A stretch of DNA of 32,520 nucleotides from Calditrichia bacterium (GTDB lineage Bacteria > Calditrichota > Calditrichia > RBG-13-44-9): NCBI GenBank assembly GCA_037381445.1, contig JARRQT010000009.1:1-32520 (forward strand), written 5' to 3'. Each line of letters opens with the position of its first letter. Within the stretch, counting starts at the first letter, position 1. The notes under the pieces are model-generated. The model did no database searches, was not told the origin of the DNA, and saw nothing but the letters and a program-made list of their open reading frames with translations. Made by a program: the position numbers and the translations under genes. Below are positions 18,772 to 29,000 of the stretch, piece by piece.

Positions 18772-20067
18772 TCATTTCCTCAGATGGCTCAACAATTCTG
18801 CCTGCGCCTGCGGATTTTGTTCAACTGCCAGAAGCGTCAGCAATGCTTCGATAGTGGATTCTGCCCCCGAATTTTTATTAATCTGCCCGGGATTGTTTAT
18901 CCCGTCATAGCAGCGTCCGGTGGCAGGATCGTAAAGTGGCTGTCCGCTGCTGTTTTTCCCCAGAAGCCAGCCGGCAATTTCACCGGCCTGCCAGGCATAT
19001 CGCGCCTCCCCGGTTACCTTATAAGCCTCCAGCGAGGCCAGCACCATGGGCCGGATGTCATAGGCTATCTGCGGGAAAGGAGCACTTTCTGTCAATTGAA
19101 CAGCATTTCCGTTTTTCCTGAAACTCATCTGGCTCAAATAATTCTTTTTTATGAGATAAGGATAAAAGTGCTCAACGGTAATCAGGGCACTTTTGACGAA
19201 ATCATCCCGTTTCATTATGCTCCCGGCCCGCAGAAGCATATCCGCCTGGCTGCTCCCCCAGGCGTGCCATTCATTTTGCCAGGTCAGCAGGCATCCATAG
19301 GGGAAATTATCGGCATCCCCCGCCTGCATCTGCTGCATACCATCCGCCAGCAGGCTGATCATCCGTCCCACCGTGCTATCTCCGCTCACTTCATAATAGG
19401 GAATCAGACCCATCAACAGCTCCGAGGCCTGGTCCGCGGCTGATCCGCCGGGAAGCCAGTCGGGATAAACAATCCCGGCTGACATTGACTTCTCCGGATA
19501 TTTTTGCAGCAGCGAATCGATGGCAGGGAAGGTCCTGTGCAAATCCGCACCCAGTTGCCGGGCATAATCGGGATCGCTCGTCCTGAAATAAGAAACGGCT
19601 TCACCCAGCGCCCATACCGCCCGCCAGGTCCACCAGTCCGCCCTGGCCTGGCTGTTATGCCGGGTCTTGTTTATGGAGAGGTCCCTGAACACAAAATTAT
19701 AGAACATTCCGTTGGGGGCCTGCATAAACCTGAGAAATTCTAGGAGCTGCTTTGCTTTCCGCTGGCTTTCCCTGTCGCCGGTAAGCCGGGAATAGCGCAG
19801 ATAAAAAACTGCGGCCCGGGCGGCATCATCTACACAGGCAATGCCCTCCCCTTTCGCCTCCACGGGGTTGTAATCGGGATAGTCGGAATAAATATTTACA
19901 ATAGCCATCGAACGGCCGTCAGCAAAAACATCTTCATACAGATGATTCAGATGGGATAGATTGAGCAGGGATTTTGCAGATGAATTTTCTGTCCGGGCAC
20001 AGCCGGAAATGAAGGAGGCCATAAACAAAAATGCAAATAAAATAAAAATTGTTTTTAGTTTTCCCAT
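18772..20067 (-). CDS. Uncharacterised lipoprotein with a putative (alpha/alpha) toroid glycosidase-like domain
   Basis: Lipobox FISG-C. Motifs ACVDDAARA, G.FYNF, RAVWALG and GKN..GQPLYDPATGRCYDG...NKNSGAESTIEALL. Start 20067 or 20079. Confidence 0.7.
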   Translation of the reverse strand: MGKLKTIFILFAFLFMASFISGCARTENSSAKSLLNLSHLNHLYEDVFADGRSMAIVNIYSDYPDYNPVEAKGEGIACVDDAARAAVFYLRYSRLTGDRESQRKAKQLLEFLRFMQAPNGMFYNFVFRDLSINKTRHNSQARADWWTWRAVWALGEAVSYFRTSDPDYARQLGADLHRTFPAIDSLLQKYPEKSMSAGIVYPDWLPGGSAADQASELLMGLIPYYEVSGDSTVGRMISLLADGMQQMQAGDADNFPYGCLLTWQNEWHAWGSSQADMLLRAGSIMKRDDFVKSALITVEHFYPYLIKKNYLSQMSFRKNGNAVQLTESAPFPQIAYDIRPMVLASLEAYKVTGEARYAWQAGEIAGWLLGKNSSGQPLYDPATGRCYDGINNPGQINKNSGAESTIEALLTLLAVEQNPQAQAELLSHLRK

Positions 20068-20137
20068 CAAAAATCCCATCCTGACATGAAATTACGTCTC
20101 ATCCGATTTCTTCCGAACCCGGTATATTTAGATTCCG

Positions 20138-20947
20138 CTATTCTTTCAAACCGGTGCTGGCCATGCTCTGAATAAAATAGCGCTGGAAGAACATGTAGGC
20201 CACAATGATTGGTATTGCCAGCAGAGTGGCCGAGGCCAGTTTCACCCCGAGCTGGGATTCCGCCCGGCCGCCCACTACAAAGAGCGTGACCAATTGCGGC
20301 ATGGTCATCAGATTTTCGTTGCGAATGACAATAAGCGGCCAAAGTACCTCATTCCACGAAGCCATGAAGGTAATAATTCCCACGGTGATCAGCGCCGGTA
20401 CCGCGTTGGGCCACAGGATCCGAAACAGAATCTGCCGTTCCGAGCAGCCATCTATGCGCGCGGCATCAATCAGGTCCTGGGGAATGCTCATGAAATACTG
20501 GCGAAACATGATAATCGCAAGGGCATTCATCAGGTAAGGCACTATCAGCGCGAGGTAGGTATCAACCCAACCGAGCTTTACCATAATGATGTACTGGGGT
20601 ATCAAAGTAATCTGAAATGGCAAAGTCATGGTGAAGATGATAATGTAGAAAATCAAATTTCTGCCCCTGAAATTCATTCGCGACAGCGCATAGCCGACCA
20701 TGGACCCGAACACCAGAACGCCGGCGGTGATGGAGAGTGAGACCAGCAGGCTGTTCAAAAAAGAGCGGCCCATGGGCACTTTGCTGAACACCTGCAGGTA
20801 ACTGCTTAAGGTGAAGGCTGACGGAAGGAGATTCAGTCCGCCGATTTCCTGCTCCGGGGCGAGGGAAGCACTGAGCATCCACAAAAATGGATAGAGGAAC
20901 AGAATCCCTCCCACAATCAGCAAAATGTATATGAATGTTTTTTTCAT
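20138..20947 (-). CDS. Carbohydrate ABC transporter permease (MalG-like)
   Basis: Multiple TM segments, EAA-loop variant IPQDLIDAARIDGCS, and WNEVLWPL. Confidence 0.93.
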   Translation of the reverse strand: MKKTFIYILLIVGGILFLYPFLWMLSASLAPEQEIGGLNLLPSAFTLSSYLQVFSKVPMGRSFLNSLLVSLSITAGVLVFGSMVGYALSRMNFRGRNLIFYIIIFTMTLPFQITLIPQYIIMVKLGWVDTYLALIVPYLMNALAIIMFRQYFMSIPQDLIDAARIDGCSERQILFRILWPNAVPALITVGIITFMASWNEVLWPLIVIRNENLMTMPQLVTLFVVGGRAESQLGVKLASATLLAIPIIVAYMFFQRYFIQSMASTGLKE

Positions 20948-20956
20948 GTATTTCCG

Positions 20957-21823
20957 CTAAGCCTCTTTTTCAACCACCTTGCGCTGAATAATGATGACAA
21001 CCAGGATAATCGCGGCGAAGAAAAAGCCCAATGTGGCGGCGTATCCCATGTGATAGAAGAAAAATCCCTGCCGGTAAATGTATAGTACAGCGGAAAGGGT
21101 GCTGTTCAGCGGCCCACCGCCGGTCATGATATAAGGCTCGATAAAAAGTGAAAATCCCCCGATAGTGGACAGTATGAGAACCAGAAACACGGTAGAATTG
21201 ATCATCGGGAGAGTGATATGGCGAAATTTCTGCCAGTGGGAGGCGCCTTCCAGATCCGCCGCCTCATAATAGTGCTGAGGAACACCCTGCAGTCCCACCA
21301 GAAAAAGAACAATATACAATCCCACATTCTTCCAGGTTGCCATAATAGCGATTGACGGCATAGCCATGCCGGGATCGAGAAGCCAGCCGATTTTGGAAAC
21401 GCCGGCTTTTATAAGCATGCGGTTGAGCAAACCGGTATCGTAGCCGTAAAGCTGCTGCCACAATGTTGCAACCACCACGCCGGAAACGATGACCGGCAGG
21501 AAGAAAGCAGCCCGAAAGAATCCCCGCAATTTCAGTTTTTGATTAAGCAGTTCGGCGAAGAACAGGGCAACCACAATCTGCAGCGGAATGTGAATAATAA
21601 GAAAAATCAAGGTATTGAGAATAGACCTGAAAAAGAGGCGGTCGTTGAACAGATGATAAAAATTGCCCAGCCCGACAAACTTCATTGGCGAAATGATATT
21701 CCAGCTATGGAACATCAGTATAAGCGAAAATATCAGCGGAAAAGCCACAAAGGCCAGAAAATAGATAATGTATGGCGACACCATCAGATAGGGTGTCAAT
21801 TTTTTGCTTCTTATTCTCATCAT
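20957..21823 (-). CDS. Carbohydrate ABC transporter permease (MalF/UgpA-like)
   Basis: FVGLGNF, YYEAADLEGASHWQKFRHITLP, IMTGGGP and GYAAT. Start at the ATG ATG pair 21823/21820. Confidence 0.93.
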   Translation of the reverse strand: MMRIRSKKLTPYLMVSPYIIYFLAFVAFPLIFSLILMFHSWNIISPMKFVGLGNFYHLFNDRLFFRSILNTLIFLIIHIPLQIVVALFFAELLNQKLKLRGFFRAAFFLPVIVSGVVVATLWQQLYGYDTGLLNRMLIKAGVSKIGWLLDPGMAMPSIAIMATWKNVGLYIVLFLVGLQGVPQHYYEAADLEGASHWQKFRHITLPMINSTVFLVLILSTIGGFSLFIEPYIMTGGGPLNSTLSAVLYIYRQGFFFYHMGYAATLGFFFAAIILVVIIIQRKVVEKEA

Positions 21824-21861
21824 AACCTGATTATTGAAGAATCCATTTATTCCAAAACTGC

Positions 21862-23238
21862 CTATTTTAAAATCACTGCCGCTGCCCGGGCGGCATCCTT
21901 TATGGCCTGCTCCGGCTGCTTGCGGCCATAAACCACACACGCCTCAAATTCCTGCGAAATGATATCAAAAATCTCTTTTAGTACCGGCGAATTATCAGTT
22001 CCCTTGACAAATTTGGCCTGTTGCGCAAAAGGCACCATCCTGGGATTATTCCGGAAATATTCCGAGAAACGGGGATTCTTCAGCAGCTCCTTTCGCCGGG
22101 GAAGCTGGTTGGTTAATTCCAGAAACTTCAGATCGTTATCGGAATTGCTCAGATACTTCAAAAAATGCCATGCCATTTCCGGATTTTTGCAGGTGTTAAA
22201 AATGACAATATTTTTCGGGTCGCAGTAGGTGTAGGCCGGGCCGGAGAAATCATCCGGCACCGGAAGCGGAGAAAACGCGTATTCAAATCCCTTTGGCTTG
22301 AAATTTTCAGCATGCATGATCTCCCAGGGACCGGTAAAGCGGGTGGCAATCACCCCCGAAAGAAACACATCCTGCCGCGCCGAAAGCCGTTCCCGGGAAA
22401 AATAATTGCGATCGAACAGGGTTTTTAGAAATTCGAATACCCTTACGGCGTAAATATTGTCGAAGGCGACCCGATTATTTTTAACCAGGGAACCACCGCC
22501 GGAAGCAGCCAGATACAGAGGATAAAAATCGAACATGCGCTGCCACCAGGTTACCAGGACTTCCGTATAGCCGATCCACTGATCAATATAACCGTCTCCG
22601 TTCAGGTCTTTTTTGAATTTCTGCCCGGCATCAATAAACTGTGAGTAGGTGGCAGGCGGCGTATGATAACCGATCCCGTCCATGATTCGGGTGTTGTATA
22701 TCAGCATGATGGGATTGATTTTCCAGGGAATCTGATAGATGTGCCTGTCATTCGATGTAACTTCCGCCACAACATTGCTGTCGCAGCGCTGGTAGAGATA
22801 GGGAAGGAAATCGGGGAAAGTATCCAGGGGCACCAGCACTCCGGCTTCCGCATAAGCTTCCACGTCCCCCTGCCACATGTTGGAGTAGATGTCCGGTGTG
22901 GTCTTTCCCACCACCGCCGCCAGTATCACTTCCTCACTGGATTGTCCCTCCGGGACCGGCTGGAATTTTACCGGCTGCTGAGGATGATCCCGGTTCCACT
23001 GCTGAACCACCGCACGGGCGAAATCAATTTCGTATGAGTTATTGGAAGACCAGTAGTTCATAGCATCCCCGTTCCTATTCCCCGATCCGCCGCAGCCCAA
23101 AATCACCATTGAAAAGAGAGCGAGACAAAAAAATGCGCGGACAGCCGGATTTCCGTAAAAAGATCTTTTATAAGAAAATCGACCCGTTGGAATGAGCAGT
23201 TGTTGACGTCCTACCGAACTGGTTTGTAATCCGTTCAT
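21862..23238 (-). CDS. Carbohydrate ABC transporter substrate-binding lipoprotein (family 1); start uncertain
   Basis: Lipobox VILG-C, TPDIY, IYQIPW..NP.MLIYN, DLNGDG loop, TGPW and AWHFLKYL. Lies directly upstream of two permeases. Confidence 0.88.
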   Translation of the reverse strand: MNGLQTSSVGRQQLLIPTGRFSYKRSFYGNPAVRAFFCLALFSMVILGCGGSGNRNGDAMNYWSSNNSYEIDFARAVVQQWNRDHPQQPVKFQPVPEGQSSEEVILAAVVGKTTPDIYSNMWQGDVEAYAEAGVLVPLDTFPDFLPYLYQRCDSNVVAEVTSNDRHIYQIPWKINPIMLIYNTRIMDGIGYHTPPATYSQFIDAGQKFKKDLNGDGYIDQWIGYTEVLVTWWQRMFDFYPLYLAASGGGSLVKNNRVAFDNIYAVRVFEFLKTLFDRNYFSRERLSARQDVFLSGVIATRFTGPWEIMHAENFKPKGFEYAFSPLPVPDDFSGPAYTYCDPKNIVIFNTCKNPEMAWHFLKYLSNSDNDLKFLELTNQLPRRKELLKNPRFSEYFRNNPRMVPFAQQAKFVKGTDNSPVLKEIFDIISQEFEACVVYGRKQPEQAIKDAARAAAVILK

Positions 23239-23325
23239 AACCCGTGCCAAATTTCGCCTGCCGCTGTCTTGTATGGTTATATTTCAGTTTGATATTCTTC
23301 TATTTGAATCGTGAACCGCGCATCA

Positions 23326-24939
23326 TCAGTACCAATTTTGCCACTCAAAATCAATTGTCGGGTAAGCAGGCCGGGGAAAGGTGCCGTCCTTCTTGACAAC
23401 ATAAATCTCCGCCGCCTTTGGCTCCCTTTGGATATATCCCGAAATCCGGTTCAGAACCTCAGTATTAATCCTGACCGCATATTGCTGCTTCAATTTTAAT
23501 ATCCGGTGAAGCATCCTTTTGGTCATTTCGCCGGAATAATAGTCCCGGCTGACATCCTCCTTTACCCGCTGATAGGGAAGAATTTTGCCGCCATTGTCTG
23601 AATATTCTTTGGAATGCTTCTGATACTAATGCAGCAATTCATCTTCGGTCATGGGACTGGACTGACCTATTTCCTCCCTGGCAATTGAAAACGCAATTTT
23701 GGATTTCCACCACAGTTTCTGTTTTCGGACAATTTCCCGGTCTTGAAATCCACGCTGCTCCGCCCGCTCCACCAGCAGATGATCGCGCACCATTCTCCAC
23801 ACAACCTGCTGGAGGGAAATAAAGAAACTCTTCCGGGAGGCATAGCTGAGTTTGATATAATTTTCCCGCGTCCGGTACCAAATCAGAAAATCGCGCAAAT
23901 TAATTTCTCCCTTCCGTATGCGCACCAGCTGCTTCTCCCCAAAGGCATCAATTTCACCGACGTTAATGGGACCAAATTCCTCCAGCACCTGCCCGGTCAG
24001 GTTCCAATCGGCCAGTTTCTCCGGCGGCAGATATTTCTGAGCAAGGTAATTCTGCAATAAATCGAAGGTATTTCGCACAATGACGGGATCCGCATCCGAC
24101 ATCATTTCCCGAACATACTGGTCGGACAAAACATCCATTTTGTATTTGAATAATGCATCCTTTACCCTTTTTCTGAGGGCAAACGCCTCCGATTCGGTAG
24201 TGATGGCATTAACCCAGCTATCCTCTATTTTAACAAAATACCATCCGTCAGGGGTCTGGATAGGCGGTGATACGGTTCCATAGGAAAGGGTATCCAGGAT
24301 TTTTGAGAGATCCGGATTTTTCAATTCTATCCGAAAACGAGAATCCTCCAGCGAACAGTCATCAATTTTGATTGAATCATGTAACTGCCGTACGAAAAGT
24401 GAATCAAATGGAATGCCGTTTTTTAAATCCTGTGACTGACGCTGCATTTCCCGAAAGGAATCCGTATAAAGCCATCGAACCTTCAGATTCACTTTTTCTC
24501 TCTCAATCGCTTTCCGGAGTTCTTCTTCACTGATATTCACCCGGCTCATCACATCTTCCCGGAAAAGCTGCTCGGTGATCAGATCTCCTTCTATCTGGCT
24601 AAGCATTTCTGTGGCACGTTCTTCTTTTTCAACTCCCTCGTCAAAGCCCTCCAGGGCAAGAAGTTTTTCATTGATCATAAAATCAAGAAATTTTCTCTGA
24701 GGCTCCTTCATTCTTTTATAGAAAGCAGGGCCATATTCATAACTCAGCAGAAATTCCCTGGCCGTAATGTCGAGCGGTCCGACGCTGGCCACAATCAGTG
24801 TGTCCATTCCAGCCTCTGTCATTGACTGATAGCTGATTGTTTCAGGTTCACCAGCGTTTGAGGGGGAAGACAGCAACAGAATAAAGAGACATTCACCGAA
24901 GAGGAACAATAACAGATTTCGAATCGAAGTATTTAACAT
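23326..24939 (-). pseudogene. SurA/PrsA-like periplasmic chaperone with a degenerate parvulin domain, interrupted by one in-frame TAG at 23628-23626
   Basis: Signal peptide, IVASVG..ITAREF, FLDFMINEKLLALE, V.ISEEEL, LKNGIPFDSL and GTVSPPIQTPDGWYFVKI. The frame continues past the TAG (ELLH*YQKHSKEY...LPYQRVKEDV...) into the separately called ORF 23326-23526. Confidence 0.75.
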
Positions 24940-25018
24940 ATAAAAATTACCGCAATAAATAACAATGCCGAAAAAAATAATTTTGACAAATTATGATAAA
25001 TTTACCGGAAATCAATTC

Positions 25019-26056
25019 CTAAAATTCAATCGCCAATGAGAACACATTGACACCCTCCAGCCGGCCCATATCGCGATAGGCATAATCGATATTCACGGTG
25101 GCGGTGCTGAACAACATGCCGGAAGCCACCCCAAATCCGAGGGACAGACCCCCTTCCGCATCGGACAGGAAAAGGGAGTGGTAACCGCCCCGGAGGAAGA
25201 AAATATTCCGGAAAGCAAATTCCGTCCCCGCATTCACACTCTCGTAATTATCGTTGGGATGAAGCGCATCAGCGGCAATCGTCCAGCGGTACTGCTCGCG
25301 GTTAAGAATATTCGTTGACAAACCCAGCTGAAACAAGAGCGGCAATCCCCAGGAATCCAGCTCGACATCGAAGGGAATACGTTCATTGGAACCCAGTTTC
25401 GTGGGATCGACGCGGTAAAATTCGCGGGCATCCCGCCCCGAAAGTTTCATGGCAGTACCAAAATTGGAAATGGAAGCGCCGATGACCATGCCCCCGAACA
25501 GGTCCGTCCTGAACAGCGTCCCGGCATCCACCGCCACCGCATTGGCGCTCATATGCCAGATCCGCTGCTGAATGAACTTCCCCGTAAAACCGATGGTGAA
25601 ACGGTCTGTCAAATTCCGCGCGTAGGAGATTCCCCCGGAAAGATCGTGGGCATTGAAGAACTCTCCCGTTCCCTCCGGTTTTTCAATGGTACGGACTTTC
25701 ATGTCATCCATGGAAAGCGAGACAACACTGACGCCCAGCGATCCGAACCCGCCCAGTTGAAGCACAAACCCGGCGAAATCGAAACTGGTGCCGGCAATCC
25801 AGCCAGTATGCACTCCTGCAAATTCATTGCCTTTGAGCGTTGCGATGCCCGCCGCATTCCAGTGCAGGGCGGTTGCATCATTGGCAATTCTTACAAAAGC
25901 ACCGCCCATTCCAATGGCCTGCGCGCCAACCGGAATCCCCAGAACAGGCGCCGCGGTGGTTCCCGTTTTGGAAACATTTTTCTGAAAACTCTGGGCACTG
26001 ATTAAAGCGGGGCCCAGCAAGAACAATATAAGTAGTGTATGAAGATACTTATTCAT
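25019..26056 (-). CDS. PorV/PorQ (UPF0164)-family outer-membrane beta-barrel
   Basis: Signal peptide, KTGTTAAPVLGIPVGAQAIGMGGAF...NDATALHWNAAG (PorV/FadL-like plug), amphipathic strands and C-terminal FSLAIEF. AGAGG RBS precedes ATG 26056. Confidence 0.85.
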   Translation of the reverse strand: MNKYLHTLLILFLLGPALISAQSFQKNVSKTGTTAAPVLGIPVGAQAIGMGGAFVRIANDATALHWNAAGIATLKGNEFAGVHTGWIAGTSFDFAGFVLQLGGFGSLGVSVVSLSMDDMKVRTIEKPEGTGEFFNAHDLSGGISYARNLTDRFTIGFTGKFIQQRIWHMSANAVAVDAGTLFRTDLFGGMVIGASISNFGTAMKLSGRDAREFYRVDPTKLGSNERIPFDVELDSWGLPLLFQLGLSTNILNREQYRWTIAADALHPNDNYESVNAGTEFAFRNIFFLRGGYHSLFLSDAEGGLSLGFGVASGMLFSTATVNIDYAYRDMGRLEGVNVFSLAIEF

Positions 26057-26096
26057 TTTTAAACCTCTGTAAAGTACCTTTTGGATAAACCGCATA

Positions 26097-29000
26097 TCAT
26101 TTTATAATTGCGAACCTGCCGATTTTCTTACCGATTCCAGGGGCATCAACATGAAATACATATACCCCATAAGCGATGGCCATTCCATCGCGGGACACCA
26201 GGTCCCAGGCCTCCTGCCCGTCCGAAAGCGTACTGTTGTGATTGAGAGTCTGCACCAACTGCCCGCTCATGGTGTAGATGCGGATGGTGCATTTAGCCGG
26301 AAGATGAATGAAATAAACGCGCCTTTCCCCCCTGCCCACGCTGGAGGTCTGGGGTTCCCAGGAGGCGGCTCCCACATAGGGATTGGGGACCACCGAGATA
26401 TTATCCAGATCCGATTCGGCTTTTTGCCTGCTGAAAGCGGGTGATTTCGTATCAAATTGGAAGTACTCGCCGGTACGGAACGGTTTCAGGGTGGAAAACG
26501 CATAGACATCGCCCGGCTGGGGCGCCTGCTGATCTTCCGGCGCGATTGTGGTATCTTCTATGAAACTGACCGACCAGCCCACCCGCAGATTTGAGAAAGA
26601 GGTGGCCTCTTTGCCGGACGAGTCGCCGCAAACAACAAATATGGCATCACCGGCATTGAAAGTGGAATCTTTATTATTGTCCCGGAAGATGAACTGGAAG
26701 TGATCAATATTTTCCGTGAGATTTTTCACCACAATATCGGAAGGTTGCGGTTTGCTGAAAGAGGTGGCCGGGAATGACATATCCCCTGCCCCACTCTCCA
26801 TAAAATGGATTTCGAAATCGGCCGGATAGAGAACCCGCCGGGTCTGATACGCAGCGACATAGCGCGAATCGAAGCCCACTTCAACAATATAATTGCTTTT
26901 CCCCTTTACCCAGCCTGATTTCTGATTATCCAATGCGACGCCAGGATTGTTGCTGATCTCCACCGAAAAACCGTCGAGCACCGGTGTTTGTTCAACCTGG
27001 GCCGTCAATGGCGTTAAGCCCACCAAAGTATCCATTGTTGAATAATCAATCAACCGGAAGGATGGGTTGGGATTTTCATGAAATTTTGTAAAATCTTCGA
27101 ACTCCACCCGGTAGGTATGTTCATTTTTGACGGAATCAGGGTCCAGAATAGTGAGGGAGATAGAGCCCGTTCCGGGACCGTTATGCTCGCTCATGTTTAC
27201 TTCCGGGGGAACATACCCCGAAGCGGGTGCCCGGGGTGTGACTACTGCCGTATTCACATCAGTTTTGATGACATTCCCGTTGATATCAACTTTAATGATG
27301 CTGGCGGTTTCGGAGGGCGGGATCCCCAGAAAATCGCCGGCAATGGTGGTTGTTGTATACCCCTTATCATAGGCCACCACCGCATAGTAATAGGTTTGCC
27401 CGTTTTCTACCGTGGAATCCACGTACGAATGTTTCAAACCGGAATCGTCTCCCAGATAGAATAGAGCGCCATTTACATCAATGGGGTGCAGCCCTGTGAC
27501 GCCGTCTTTCAGGTCAAATTGCGCCAGCGGTTTTCTGAAGGTCGCCTTTCCGTAAGCATCAGTAATAACTTTATCCTCCAGAAAATTCGGTTCGGTACTG
27601 CGATAAATGCGGTAGCCTTCAAAATTAAAGCGCTGTAGAAACTGATCGAAGGTCTTTTCCGCCCGGTCATCCCAGTAAAGCATGACTCTTCCGTCACCAG
27701 GTATGGCTTTAATGAGGGGCTTTTCCGGGGGTTTGGCAAACCGGTAATTGGCATTGTAAATCTGCTGAACTGTCCTTTTCCGGCGGAAGATATCATCTTC
27801 GTCTATTCCGAAAATAAGTGACATCGAGAAACGTTCCGTTTCTCCGCTCTCCTGCAGCGTGCCGGTCATCTGGCTGTAAGTATTTCTGCCATTCATATGG
27901 AACAGATAACTCGAAAAGAAATTGGCGAGATTCACTCCCACCAGCGATTGTCCGTGCGGGGCAGGCAGAGAAGAGAGCGCCTTCCAGTTTTCCTCATCAT
28001 TATCCAAGTCATAGGGTGTATGCGTCGGAAAGATCAGAAAGCCGGTCAGTCCCAATTGATCGGATTCATCCTTGTCAAGTATGCCGAAATTAGGCTCGCC
28101 CTGGTCCGGTTTCCCATTGGCCTCACTGCCATCCGCATCGGGGCCGGTGTATCCTTCATCAAACGGACCAATGCCATCGGTTCCGACATCATCATTGAGC
28201 GGTTCTCCGTTATCCCATGCGCCGTTTTCATCGGCGTCCGTATAGGTGCGCCAGTTTGCATTCTCATCGGCATCCCAGTGCGGATGCCAGGAGTACCCGT
28301 AAAACTGCCTGAAATTTGTGGTGTCCTGGAAAACATCCCGCAGGAAAGGATCCTGAGCGGGCGTGGAAATGAAATTTGCAGCAGCATTGTCGCGCCTTTC
28401 ATCCGTCAGGCCATCCTGATCGTTGTCCTTATAGTCGTCCGAAATCCCCGGACTTTCCAGAAAGGCATAAGCCGAAAGGCCTACCGGGCTCCAGTGGCCG
28501 GGACTTCCAAACGGAACGGTCGACCAGGCATACGAAATATCCAGCAACTCATCATAATCGCCCGCATTATTTGAAGAATTATCATGCCCGCCGATTCCCC
28601 AGTCGACGTACTGGGCAAAGAGGGTTTTCCCGTAGTCCTGGGTGCTCATATTGGTAATTTCATAGAACCAAAAAATAACATCTTCCGCCAGAACCTGCGA
28701 CCACTGAAAGCCGCGGGCGCGCACCTGCATTCCCAGCCCGCCCCGCTCGGGATCATCGGCATCGGGATAAAAATCGTTCTTCAGGATATACTCGCGGTCT
28801 TCGTTGTCATCGAAAACGAAAAATGTTTCCAGATCGGCATTCTGCACCCCCTTCCCGAAAAAGCCATTCCATTTCCCGTCCCAATCGCTCTCCCGGTCGG
28901 GCCAGTGCGGGGGCCAGGTGGCGGGATTATTGCTTTGCGCCGGGCTGGATTGGAACGGATTGGAGTAATTGGGAAGCGGCCACCAGCCGTAAGTCACGCC

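Noticed and set aside
23626..23628. Genome-wide TAG reassignment or pyrrolysine
   Set aside because: Several other genes in the window end properly at TAG, the context predicts Tyr, and the protein is not a known Pyl family.
24998..25013. Additional copies of the 32169 palindrome upstream of other genes (also near 8975 and 17660)
   Set aside because: Only the CCGG core and a few flanking A/T bases match, which is too weak given how common such words are here.
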